Origin: Lama glama
Taxonomy: Eukaryota
Direction of reading: 5' to 3'
Assembly: GCA_028534125.1 (NCBI GenBank)
Contig: CM052839.1
Location: forward strand, 38,440,001-38,504,000
DNA length: 64,000 nucleotides
Below the pieces are notes generated by a model. That model had not been told where the DNA came from and did no database searches. It was given only the letters and a program-made list of their open reading frames with translations. A program made the position numbers and the translations under genes. Shown here in pieces: positions 52,378-64,000 of the stretch; positions within the stretch are counted from its first letter, which is position 1; every line of letters starts with the position of its first letter.

Positions 52378-54101
52378 CGCTGCAGTGATCAAAGATTCTG
52401 GGGGCAGTGCCGTCATGATCTGTCAGCCAGGAGTCTACGATTCAGAACAGGTGTGGCCAACCCCTGGCTTGGCCGACCAGTTCTGGCTGCATCAAACGAA
52501 AAGCAGGAGTAAGTTTTCTGTGGGATCTCGCCCTTCCTCTCAATCCTCTCGTGCAGGAGAACTTTCTAAAATATTGGCAAGGAATTGGATTTGTGGCTGA
52601 CCCCTGGTCCCACATCCTGCCATGGCCCCCACAAACTCTGCAGCTTTGAGATAGGAGATTCTGATGTGGTTCTACTGGAGTCGTATCTTTCATGTAATTC
52701 CGATTTAATCAGCTGCCTTGCATTCAGTGAATTACGGGTTCACTGATCTATTCTTTATTATTTTTCTATGATCAAGTAGTTCTTCGAAACTGCTGTACAT
52801 GAATGGTGGCATTTCCTTATTTCTGTATCAGACATGGATGTTCCCTCCTCAATTCTCTCCCTCAATTCTCTCTCCCTAGGGAGAGAATTCATTGCAATTC
52901 TAGGTGGGTGAGTTAAAGATGGAGTTTAAACATTTATGCCCAAATCACCACCTTACAGAGAGGTTCAGATACGTTAACGTGACCAGTAAGTTCATGATCT
53001 CTGTCCTTTTTTATAATAAGTTAGCTTAGATATCGGTTTGTCAACTATAACTTCATTTTATAGTTTAATCCTGAATTACAGGGGAGGGTATAGGGGACTC
53101 AGTGTCTGCCTGCATGACGCTCTTGTGAGTTCTAAGATATTTTAATGATTGAAGGAAGTCTAGTCTAGTAGACAAAATATGGTTTCTCACGCTTAAGGCA
53201 ACAGACAATCAGTGACTGGATTTTGCTGTCTGCACCAGAGTCTCAGCTCCAAAGTGTGCCAAAAATGACAAAGGATAACCCTGGAGGAGACTGAAGTTCA
53301 CAAAGTTATATTTCTTGGAAAAGGAGATATATACAAGTAGTTTCACAATGCTGTCAACAGAGAGGGAGGCTCAAGTTTCTAAGCTGAATTATAGGAAAGA
53401 GAATTGATTCAGAGAGGAGGAGGCGTGGGTACCAGGCCTTATGGATAGCAATGGGCAGCAGGAAGAAGAGCTAGAAAATCTCACCAGTTTATCAGTCACA
53501 CGACCCTTTGTTTATAACGTCAATAAACTAAAACAAACTGTGAAACCACCAGCCTTATGGAAAGCATCTTTGCAAATTTTATGGCTTTGGTGTTATTTAA
53601 TTAAAGTTTATTAACTGGCTGGGCTCAGATATGTTTACACAAAATACGCTTTGGCTACTTTAAGCCTAGGCCAATAACGTTCATCTTAATCTGGCTGACC
53701 TTTATTATAAAAACTCAAAAATTCCATCATATCAATTTTTTGAAATGTATGGAGCACACTATAAACAATCACTTCTCATGAGATAAAGCAGAGACTCCCC
53801 AGTGGACAGACAGCCAACTGTTCCCAATTGTCTCACTCTTTTAAATAAAGGATTCCCAGCAAACAGTCGGAAGAAATCATAGCCTTCCAGGGATAGGCAG
53901 CTGGGAACGGGGAAGAGATTAATACAGAGAAAGCTGTGGACCATCCCGGTCCTATTCTTCAGTTCCTTGATTGAAGGCATTAAGTTTTATTTTATTAACT
54001 TCTTTCTTGCCCTTCAAAAGTTGAGGGTGCTCACACCAGGGCTTGTGTGGAACTGCCCCGGGGAACCTCAGTGCAAAGGTTTGAAACCACAGCTGGCTGT
54101 G

Positions 54102-54265
54102 NNNNNNNNNNNNNNNNNNNNNNNNNNNNNNNNNNNNNNNNNNNNNNNNNNNNNNNNNNNNNNNNNNNNNNNNNNNNNNNNNNNNNNNNNNNNNNNNNNN
54201 NNNNNNNNNNNNNNNNNNNNNNNNNNNNNNNNNNNNNNNNNNNNNNNNNNNNNNNNNNNNNNNNN
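54102..54265. other. Assembly gap, 164 N
   Basis: N run. Confidence 0.99.
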
Positions 54266-57200
54266 TCCTCACGTTTAAATTGTACAAATGAATTCATTCC
54301 TCCTTACCCAGTGGCCAGAATAACTCTCCCTCACTGCTTTTCTCCCACGGTATTCACTTGAGTATGCCTCCTATTCTAGGAAAGTAAGAGGTTCTTTAAG
54401 GTAAGGTCCAAGTCTTAGTTTTTTATTTTTGGAAGCAAGCATTTAATTCTTTCACTCAAAAGAGTTTGTTGGATGCATAATGATGTGATCTGCTCTCTTT
54501 CTCTTGATTTGTGTTTGGGGCACATGAATTTATTCCAGCTCTATAATCAATAGCCTCCACTCTCCCCTTCTATTATTGTGCAATAGGGATTAACCCTTCT
54601 CCTCATATGAATCGATGCCATCCTGGCTAAAAATTCTTGAATTAGAGCTGTATACTTATTATCATAAATCATCATTATCCTGATAACATTGACAGGTATT
54701 AGGTCATTAAAATTTTTAACAAGAACCTATGTTTGGGGCTCTCTGCCACCTTTACTGATCAATTTCATAGCATGGGGAGGTTCTTCATTTAACCCCCACG
54801 CCCCTTGCTAACTGAATTTTCCATTCTTGTGAACTGAGGAGCTCACTCAAAAGAGAAAACCTGGCACCAAAGTAACCCACAAGTATTTGTTTAAACTTCA
54901 GGAGACTTCTGTTTTTCTGAGAGATTATTATGATAGCATTGACCTGTGAGACCCACCCTGTTAAGATCAGAGACACATAAATAAAAATAAAGTATTAATC
55001 AACATAAATAAATCAAACAGAAATTTTCCTAACGAGCGTGTAACTCATTTCCTTTTGTAGAGTCTAATTGCAGGAAGTAGCAAGAAAAAAGCGGAGAGAA
55101 CCCAAAGCTCATTGTAATCCTCCTGTACGTCTCTGGAATTTTAATTTAACTCAATGAAAGAGGGACATTTTCTGTTTGTGACTTCTGGAATTGCTATGAT
55201 CAGCTTGCTTTCAGATTCATATGTTCAGTTTATTCTCTTCTGATATATGTATATATTTTATATGTACAAATATATATATTTTTGGCCCTATATTAACATA
55301 AATTTGCAGAGCTAAGTATGTCTTAGGAAAGCAGATGACAGTTGCATGCTGTAAGCACCAACCTGGATGCCCGAGCTTCCCCACCACCACCATCACACAC
55401 ATGTATGTATCTGCATATCTCTACCACACTTATTTTCCTCTCTCAGAAGCCTTGCTTCAGGTAAACTGACCTAATCATTTTCTCTATTAATGTGGTCTCT
55501 ATTCCACATTTTGCCCTTGCTTCAATCAACTCTCCCACCTGCCGTGCCACACCCTTTGCAAATTTGCTACATCCTAAGACAACCCCCAGCTCCAGCTTAT
55601 GAGCCACCAATCCACAGATTTTTCTTGATTTTCCCAAGATTTATTATCTCTTCTTCACTTATTATACCTTTTGTCTGAATCACATATTCAGCACTTAGTC
55701 AGTGGATTCTTGGGTGATTATTTCTTAATTCTGTGAAATTATCTCATCTCTGGAACTTGATGGTAATCTCTCAAGGTAGGAGAAGGTATACTTTTAAAAA
55801 AAAAAAAAGAAGTCGCATTTTGTTCATACAAGTAGCATTTTTACAAATATTTGCAAATTATGATGCTTGCAGAGCTAGCAGAAGAAATAGTGTAAGTCAT
55901 TTAAATTTTCTTTGGCTCAGAATAATAACTTGCAAAACTTCACGTTTAGGGGAAAAAATGCCATTTGTTCGTATCTACAAATAATGCTGCATGGAGTTCT
56001 GGAAATGGGAGGACAGATGACAAGTAGAGATGACAAGCTTCCTCCTAGGTTACAAACGCCATGAAGATGGAACCCGTGATTGTCCTGGTTACTACTGTAC
56101 TCCAGCATGTAGTCCATAATACATCGTTAGTGGCCACTGAACAACTCTGAATGAATCCAATGAATAAACAAGTGAAATAATCTAGATAAAACACAAGTGT
56201 AAAAGGCAACGTTCTTTTCCTGTCTTTATCATGATTACTTCTGATGGATAAAGAAACCATGACAGCAATAATGGAATGCTTACCAATATTCTGATACAGG
56301 CACTCATCTAGATAAATGGCCAGAGGTAACTTACACTTGCTTTTTTCAAGAAAGTGAGTGTGTTAATATATTTTAAATACCCTGAAAATTAGAAAAATGT
56401 GAAAAATTTATATTTGGGTATCAGCACCTTCGCACCTTAGCATGGCTGGCATTTCACTTTTGCTAAAGGAATTAGGATTCTGAACATGTCGGGAAATTCA
56501 TGGTGTTTCCAAGGTAGGTAACTCCATGTTATGAACTCAAGTAGCTGAAGTTGATCACTACAGTTAGCAAGTGAAATTCTCTCTAGGCTGAGCAGTGATT
56601 TTCCTGTTTTATCTGGTCTCCGTCCCGGTCTGTTGTCTTTAACAAATTGAGTGAATCACTGACAGTGCATGAAAGACGAAAGCCTGGAAGTGACTGGGTA
56701 TACAAGAAGCTAAGAATTCAAGGGGCAGAATAAATGGGACAATGTATGACTCTTTCTGGACCCTGCTAGAGTGACTGAGACCCTTAGCGCAGACGTACCT
56801 GCTCCAGTACTTACACCTCAGACCCAGGCTTGGCTGATTTCAGGAACATGACCTCTATTTCTCTCTCTCTTCAAAATTTCGATCCTTCTAGCGTAGCTGA
56901 TTTCAACTGGCGATTGGCAGAACCCACTTAACTCATTCTCACCAAAGCATGGGCACCTGGGTTGTGCTTTCTAGAAGACACAGTTGTTTGTTTGTTTTTT
57001 TTTTTAAGTTTTGTTAACTCAAATATATATCTCTATATTGGAACTTCTTCAAGATTCTCAAGAGAGATTAAAAGCAAAACAACAGGTTCCTTCTAGAAAT
57101 ATGTTATAACAGTTTGATTTTTTTTTTCAAGAAGTTAGTTGCTCAGGATTGCTTAAGGAGGTGTCATTCACAAAATGTCTTCTCTACTTTAATTCCTCAA

Positions 57201-59708
57201 TCTTCTCCATAGGCATTGCCTTTTCTACACCTGCTCCCAGTCTGTGCATCCTGAAACCAGCAAGCTAAACATTATCCCCGTAGTCCAAATATGCATTGTC
57301 CTGGTCTCAGTAAGATGGGGGGTGATGTGAAGGAGGAGACTTCAAGAACAGTAATGATAACTCAAGCTTTGTGTCTGTGTGTTGAGGGACTGCAGTGTCT
57401 GCGAGTGAGTCTGGGGCAAAGGAAGGATAGCCAGGACAGAGAGACAGGGAAATAAATACCTAACGGGTCATTACTATGTTGGGAACTTCCAGAATACAGG
57501 TTGCCCACAATTCTCCTGTGGTTATGCTTCACCATTAGTCATTAAATTAATAAGCTATGACATACTTAATATAAATAATATAAACCACAGCCTTCTAGAA
57601 AAGTAGTCAAGGTTTTGGAAATCTATCATATGTGTCACACCAGAAGTCAAGCCATACGGACAAAGTAGTTAACCCAGCACGTAAGATTGTCAGACACGGA
57701 TAATTCAGTTTAAAGAAAAGATACTTTAAAAAGAAAGAACGCTAAAATGAAGATACTCTCAAAAGTCAGGAAATGATGTTGAGATCCAAGCTTCCAGTTT
57801 GGAGAAGCGCAAAAGACGTACAAATAAAAGCCTGTACTGCCTTATAACTCTAAAAGTAAATTAAATAAACCTTTATTAAATAAGCCATTTTTGAGAAAAG
57901 ATGACATTCGTCATTAATTTTCCAAGGAACTACAATCTGCTAACAAGATTATCTAAGAACGACCCTTGGGATTATTTCAGCCCAACAGGAAGTTGTCGCC
58001 ATTTAAGATGACAAAGGCCCTCTTTGTCTTGCTGGAAATGCTATATTTACATTCACTGTGGCGTTGGCCTCACAACTCCCATCCTGCTTATTTCTCCAGG
58101 TATGAGAAGTCCTGCTCTTCATTTCCTTATTCCTCATTAGACACCTTAAGGGTCACTGGCAAGCAGTGGTCTTTAGACAGGAATAAGGGTCTGGCATGAA
58201 TGTGTCATGGAGTGTGAATAACTTTCTCCTCCCCGAGGATCCGGCAAATCAAGGTCGAGGTCTGTTGCCAAAGACTCTGGCTCAGTTGGAGGCAGCGCCT
58301 GGAGGGAAGGGGGTTATCTTTGCACTGGAGGGTGTCCTTGCTGTATCTTCCCTGCTGTTAAGCGACAGTTTTCAGAGGCTCCTGACCCAGGAGCTTTCAT
58401 CAGCCTTAAACCCGCTCTTAATAACAAGCTCAGGGAATCCAGGGAGCTGTTCGCCGACGTCTGGAACTCTGACAAGCATCTTGTCATAGGTCTGCCCGGT
58501 AGGGTCCACCAACGCTTCATGGGGCGTGTCTCCTCCCCTGCACCAGTCCTGGAGGTAAAACCAAACATCACCTTTCGGAATGAAACCCCCGCAAATAAAA
58601 ACAAATTAACCCACCGCGCCACCAGCCAGCCCCGGAGGTATATTTGAGCTCAGTGCTTACTTTAATGTTCTGTTTTACAGTTTTTTTGTGCTGAATTCTT
58701 GGGCAGCCACCATCCTCAGAGTGGGGGCACTGGGATTCCACGTCTTCATTCATCATAATGGAGCATTTCTGCCTGTGAGACCCCAGCACACGGGCTCCCC
58801 TCTCAGCTTGCAGTCCTGCTCAGTGCAACGAACAGGCTACAGAATGTGTTTACCTTACATGTCAGATACTGTTAGCCTTGAACCGGGGGGGCTTCTCATG
58901 CGAACTACTCAGCGAGTCCAGTGCCGTCCGTCTCAGGTTTCCCTTCTGTGATGGAAATGACATCAGATCTTCAAGCGCAGTGATAGCAGTTTTGACTGAA
59001 CTGCTTGCAGATTGTGGCTGGAGATTTAAATGACGGTTGAGCTTCGATTGAAGGAGACCATGTCCTGAATTAAGTGCTTTCTTTAAGAATTTTTGTGTCA
59101 AGATCAAGGGAGCAGAGTCCTGCGGAGGTGTTCTGATGAACTCCTGTGCTTAATTTCAGGGGATTCACCAATTCTGGGGATCCCGTTTCTACAGTTATTT
59201 CTCCTTATCCTCCAATGTGTGTATTTCCAGTCCGTCCTTGTGGCCCCGTGGATGTGACCACACAGCTCTTCTGGAATCGGATTATTTTCTGATGCTTTTT
59301 ATTTCCAGTTATTTAAGTAACGTCTCATTTTTCTAGCAGCTTTGCCTCATACCAGGTCAACATCCTGAAGTTCAGCTTTCCATGTTCTCTAATTATTTCC
59401 AGGGTGCTACTTTCCTCTCATGGATCAGACAATGTGCTGACAACATTCAGTTTGGAAATTTCCCACTGCAAGTTAAGTTGGAGAGAAGGAGAATCTCTAA
59501 GTCTTGTTGGTGCTTATCTGGCAAAAATTTTACGAGTAACTAAGGATCCCAGAGTAAAAGGATTTTCCTGTTTGTATCAGACAGCTTTCTGAATATAATG
59601 TGAGCTCAGAGTTGCACGTGAGCATCTGTGTTAAAGGGTTCCAAAGGTCAAGTTCTTCTAGATTGTGAAGACTCTGGTGCAGGGACACTGTTTTTGATTC
59701 CCCCAGTC

Positions 59709-59909
59709 CAGTGGCTCTCAGCGAGGGTGACTCTGCCCCCAGGGGACACTTAATTTGGTTGACACGACTGGAGAGAAGTGTTGCCAATGACATCTAGCGG
59801 GTAGCAGCCAGAGATCCTGCTAAGCACCCCATGATGTAGTAGAACCTCCTCCCCTGTCAAAGAATTATCTGGCCCCAAACATACAGAGTGCCAAGACTAA
59901 GAAACTCTG
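59709..59909 (+). mobile_element. MER20 hAT-Charlie element
   Basis: CAGTGGCTCTCA...TGCCCCCAGGGGACA...CATCTAGCGGGTAG...AAAGAATTATCTGGCCCCAAA...AGAAACTCTG. Confidence 0.85.
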
Positions 59910-61048
59910 CTCTGGTCTACACCAATACTTAGGTCAGTGCTTTAATAGTACTAAAATATAATGAGTAATAAATAGTAACTAAATTATAGCAAATAAATAA
60001 TAGATGCCTGAGGAATAAAGACACAAGCGAATTAAGAGTTCTGAGCTAGAATCAGTGTTCCGTTCTGCTCACAAGTGCTCCTTTATTAATTTTCTTATTC
60101 GATGCTAGATCTTGCCCGTCTGCCTGGACTTATGTAACGGATTTCTTCCTGCCGTCCCTGACTTCCTGGGACGGGTCTGCTCCAAACTGGCTCTGCTTGA
60201 TTTCGCCCAGGGCCCAGGCCTGCTCAACCTTCATCCTCCACCTTGACAGCTTGCAGAGCCAGAAGACCCCAGGAGCGGGAGCCACGGAAGATCTGGCATC
60301 AGGAGTAGCAAGAGCCGCCACCACCTATTCTAAACATTAACGTCACTTGATGGATTTCGGCAACTTTCCCATTTCATGCCAGGCCCTGTTGATACAAGTG
60401 CTGTAGCTGGAATGAAGTTAAACTCAATATATTCTTTCCTCTAGTTATAACTGGCAATAATTTTGCAAGTTCCCAGCTACCGTGGAATCCATTTGGGGCA
60501 GGCAAAGAAAGCAAACAAGCTCCAAATACGAAATGTAATTGTGGTCGCCACATGTGAAACAGGTTAGCTACCAACTTTTCTTGTTAGCCTTACTCTGGTT
60601 AACAGACCCTCGCTTTTGCTTAAACCAAGGATATTTCACTAATAGGAACAGGAGACAACCATCTGGGCATTTTCTTTAAAGAAAAATGGCTTTTCCTGGT
60701 AACATTCAGATTACAGAGACAGAATGATGCTTAAAATACGTTGCTAGAGGATGTATCAACGTTTTCAGTTTATCAGAGACGTGGAAATCTATTCTATCTG
60801 GAAATGTGACCGGACACAGTTACTTAGTGCATGCATACTATAGGCTGATAGTATTTTTTTTTTGGTCAATAAACTCTTTAGGAATATCGGCACATATACA
60901 TTTAAGTCCAAGTTGATAACACCAATAGTTTCCTTTGGATATAAATCATGTTAGAGAACTCTTAAATTTCAGATATGGGCAGACACATATATGCTATTTA
61001 AAATTCTTTTTCTTAAATCTAGCTACAGATCTTGACAGTGAATCTCTT

Positions 61049-61231
61049 TTTTTTTTAACATTTGCAAATCTCAAACTTCCAAATTTATCCCTTCCCACCC
61101 CCTTTCCCCAGTAACCATAAGATTGTTTACTAAGTCTGTGAGTCTGTTTCTTTTGTAGATGAGATCTTCAGTGTACTCTTTTCTTTCTTTTCTTTCTTCT
61201 TCTTCTTTTTTTTTTTTTTTAAGATTCCTAT
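61049..61231 (-). mobile_element. L1 3'UTR internal fragment truncated at both ends
   Basis: AATTTATCCCTTCCCACCCCC...GTAACCATAAG...GTCTGTGAGTCTGTTTC; 12-bp TSD AGTGAATCTCTT at 61037-61048 and 61232-61243. Confidence 0.82.
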
Positions 61232-61604
61232 AGTGAATCTCTTGATGATAGATGTGCAGCTAGTTTGTGCCCGAACTCATGGAGGTAATTATATTGGTTT
61301 CTGGTCTGGATTGCTCCAGGTCCTCTTATGCCCCTCAGGCTGTCTATGGCTTGCTGCAGCGATACTGCGTCAGACAGACTGAGTAGGAGACATGTGGCTA
61401 CAAGGCAAGATCTCCCAAGTCCTCCTTAACAACATATATCAGGGTTCTTTGGTTATTTTCAGGGCAGTTGCTACGTCAGGAGTCCCTCCATGTGGGATTG
61501 GATGATGATGAATGACAATTCCATACCAATGGTAGAGCACCAAAAGGTTTGGAAATATTTTGACAGTCTCCTTCTGGCGCAGAAAATAAACTTGTTCCAT
61601 GCAT

Positions 61605-61720
61605 CAGCCATTTAACCATCTCAATGACCCTGTAAGATATTCAGTGATGTCTTCATTTTTATAGTCAAGGGCATCGAGGCTCACAGAGGCTGAGTAACTC
61701 CCACAACCACACAGATAGGA
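61605..61720 (-). mobile_element. MIR relic
   Basis: CATTTAACCATCTCAATGACCCTGTAAG...CATTTTATAG...GAGGCTCACAGAGGCTGAGTAACT. Confidence 0.6.
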
Positions 61721-62867
61721 AAAGAGACTTCACTTAATATTAGAAAGAGCTGAACAAAACCTTAAGTTCATTAAGATAATAGAAAAATCTTAAACAGCCA
61801 TCAGACAGTTGTAACACATCTGACATTATGAGATATTCCTAAATCTTTTAGCAATAAATGTAGTTTTCTATTTTCACCAGCATCAAGTTACCACCAGTTT
61901 AAAATTCTGTGCCAGTCCCTCGTGTTACCCTTGCAGTTAACCAACTTCATGGATGTCTAACTTATCTCTAACACTTGTAGTTCTCAGGCTAACAAAAGCA
62001 AATCATGTACTCTTTAAAGATCTTTTCATGGTAGATTATTTCTCTCAAAATCATGTGTCAATAACTGAGCCAGGTCCTATAGCATCTCATTTAATTTTAG
62101 ATTTGTCAGTATAAATGCTTCATTGTATCATTAGATGGAATTCCTTGGCCAGTTTAAAAACAAATATTTAAATGCAACGTCATGAGGAAAATGTTTCCAT
62201 GGATAGAGAAGACACGCTGGAAAAAAAAAATAAGGAAAACTTGAGGTAGTTACAGCTACTGCAAGTTTCTTAATCATGCTTAATTCATCTTACAAGTAAG
62301 CTATATTTGTACAAGCGAAAGCACACATTTTATTTAAGTAGACCAATTTGCAAAGAGCCCCCGTACGTACATCTGTAACCTACTATAAACACGAACACAC
62401 AGGGTCTTTTTATACTTATTGTTTTTTTATATTTTTATTTCATATCAGGGATTTCTACTGACGTCAATAGCAGTCTCAGAATTGGAATGAGTAGTAAAGA
62501 TTTAACAGGCGGTTGCTGAGAGGATTTTAGCTCATTGGCTGAAAAAAAAATCTTGCATAAGTGGTCTAACCAGTGACTGCTAATTTAAGAACTTTCATCC
62601 ATTTCCATTTTTACGAGTGGAATAAACAACATCAATAATAAGAGTAATTGAACAAGGCTTATGGTTTTGGATACTTGGATGTTTTCGTTGGGTAGAAGTG
62701 TGTAATAAATTACTTTCTATTCCAACCCAATACAGCGTATTTCCATTTCCAAATAGTCTTTACTAGAATTTCTACAATTATATAAGGAAACAAAGGATTA
62801 TGATGCACATAAAATTCAGTTATGAATTCGCATTTTTTTCCTGACACTATAAGATTAGCCTCCATTC

Positions 62868-63175
62868 ACAAGGGATTTTTAGGGTGATGAAATTACTCTG
62901 TGTGATACTATAGTGGTGGCTACATGTCATGCGTTTGTCAAAGCCCATAGAATATAGAACATCAAGGGTGAACCCTAATGTAAACTATGGACTTTGGTTG
63001 ATAATAATGTGTCCATGTTGGTTCATTAATTGTATCAAGTATGCCACACTGATGAGGGATGTTGAGAGTGGGGGAATATATATGTGTGAGGGGGGAGGGC
63101 TGTGTGGGCACTCTGTTTATTCTGCCCAATTCTCCTGTAAAAAAAATAAAGTCTATAAATAAATAAATAAATTAA
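62868..63175 (+). mobile_element. L1MC-type 3'UTR
   Basis: GGATTTTAGGGTGATGAAATTACTCTG...GTGAACCCTAATGTAAACTATGGACTTTGG...AAAATAAAGTCTAT. Confidence 0.88.
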
Positions 63176-63194
63176 TTAATTAATTAAAAATAGA

Positions 63195-63339
63195 GGTGGG
63201 GGAGGGTCTAGCTCAGTGGTAGAGTGCTGACTTAGCATGCAAGAGATCTTGGGTTTGATTCCCAGTACCTCCTTAAAAAATAACAATAATAAAATAAAAT
63301 AATAAATAAACCTAAATTACCTACCCTCCAGAAAAAATT
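63195..63339 (+). mobile_element. Vic-1-like SINE ending at a gap
   Basis: GGGGGAGGGTCTAGCTCAGTGGTAGAG...GGTTTGATTCCCAGTACCTCC...AAACCTAAATTACC. Confidence 0.9.
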
Positions 63340-63839
63340 NNNNNNNNNNNNNNNNNNNNNNNNNNNNNNNNNNNNNNNNNNNNNNNNNNNNNNNNNNNNN
63401 NNNNNNNNNNNNNNNNNNNNNNNNNNNNNNNNNNNNNNNNNNNNNNNNNNNNNNNNNNNNNNNNNNNNNNNNNNNNNNNNNNNNNNNNNNNNNNNNNNNN
63501 NNNNNNNNNNNNNNNNNNNNNNNNNNNNNNNNNNNNNNNNNNNNNNNNNNNNNNNNNNNNNNNNNNNNNNNNNNNNNNNNNNNNNNNNNNNNNNNNNNNN
63601 NNNNNNNNNNNNNNNNNNNNNNNNNNNNNNNNNNNNNNNNNNNNNNNNNNNNNNNNNNNNNNNNNNNNNNNNNNNNNNNNNNNNNNNNNNNNNNNNNNNN
63701 NNNNNNNNNNNNNNNNNNNNNNNNNNNNNNNNNNNNNNNNNNNNNNNNNNNNNNNNNNNNNNNNNNNNNNNNNNNNNNNNNNNNNNNNNNNNNNNNNNNN
63801 NNNNNNNNNNNNNNNNNNNNNNNNNNNNNNNNNNNNNNN
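63340..63839. other. Assembly gap, exactly 500 N
   Basis: N run. Confidence 0.99.
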
Positions 63840-64000
63840 GTAATGCCGTCCCCTTGCTCCCAATGAATCGCACATCCGTTGTTTTACCACCCAGCTTATT
63901 TGATCTCCGTGGAAGATGAATGGCTTTGACTAAAAAAATTAAACAATGGCAGAACTAAAGTGCAGCCCAGAGTAAACCTTACTGCCCTGAAGAATTTCCT

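Noticed and set aside
62242-62250. TGAGGTAGT, let-7-like start
   Set aside because: Only 9 nt match and there is no precursor stem.
1-64000. Remaining 60-156 aa ORFs as genes
   Set aside because: No recognisable domains or consistent exon chain; lengths are as expected by chance, and several are translations of L1, SINE or microsatellite DNA.
1-64000. Prokaryotic-type systems (CRISPR, operons, defence islands) or non-retroviral endogenous viral elements
   Set aside because: The sequence is mammalian and repeat-rich with no repeat-spacer array and no viral ORF I can recognise; a translated search against viral proteins would be needed to exclude highly decayed elements.

Overview
This is mammalian, non-coding, repeat-rich DNA, not prokaryotic. 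It is most likely camelid (alpaca/llama/camel), inferred from several tRNA-derived SINEs resembling the camelid Vic-1 family and cetartiodactyl-type L1 3' ends. No intact protein-coding gene, structural RNA gene or CRISPR array is supportable; the ORF track is chance ORFs, N-gap artefacts or decayed L1. The main structure is a minus-strand class I (ERV1/gamma-like) provirus at 6756-9548. It has two diverged LTRs, a 4-bp GAAG target-site duplication, a polypurine tract, a degenerate PBS, a frameshifted env TM (immunosuppressive domain) remnant and a CpG-rich leader, and its centre is a 500-N gap. Also present: a MER41-like solo LTR (31583-32091, AATG TSD), a young-looking unclassified solo LTR nested in MLT1D (50959-51345), six SINEs, many L1 fragments, ancient DNA transposons (MER45, MER2, MER58A, MER20), MIR/L2 relics, microsatellites, and candidate CTCF, MEIS and EGR motifs. 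Repeat family names are from recall of consensus sequences, not from a database search. I find no evidence for a new multi-gene system; the findings concern retroelement biology and candidate cis-regulation.
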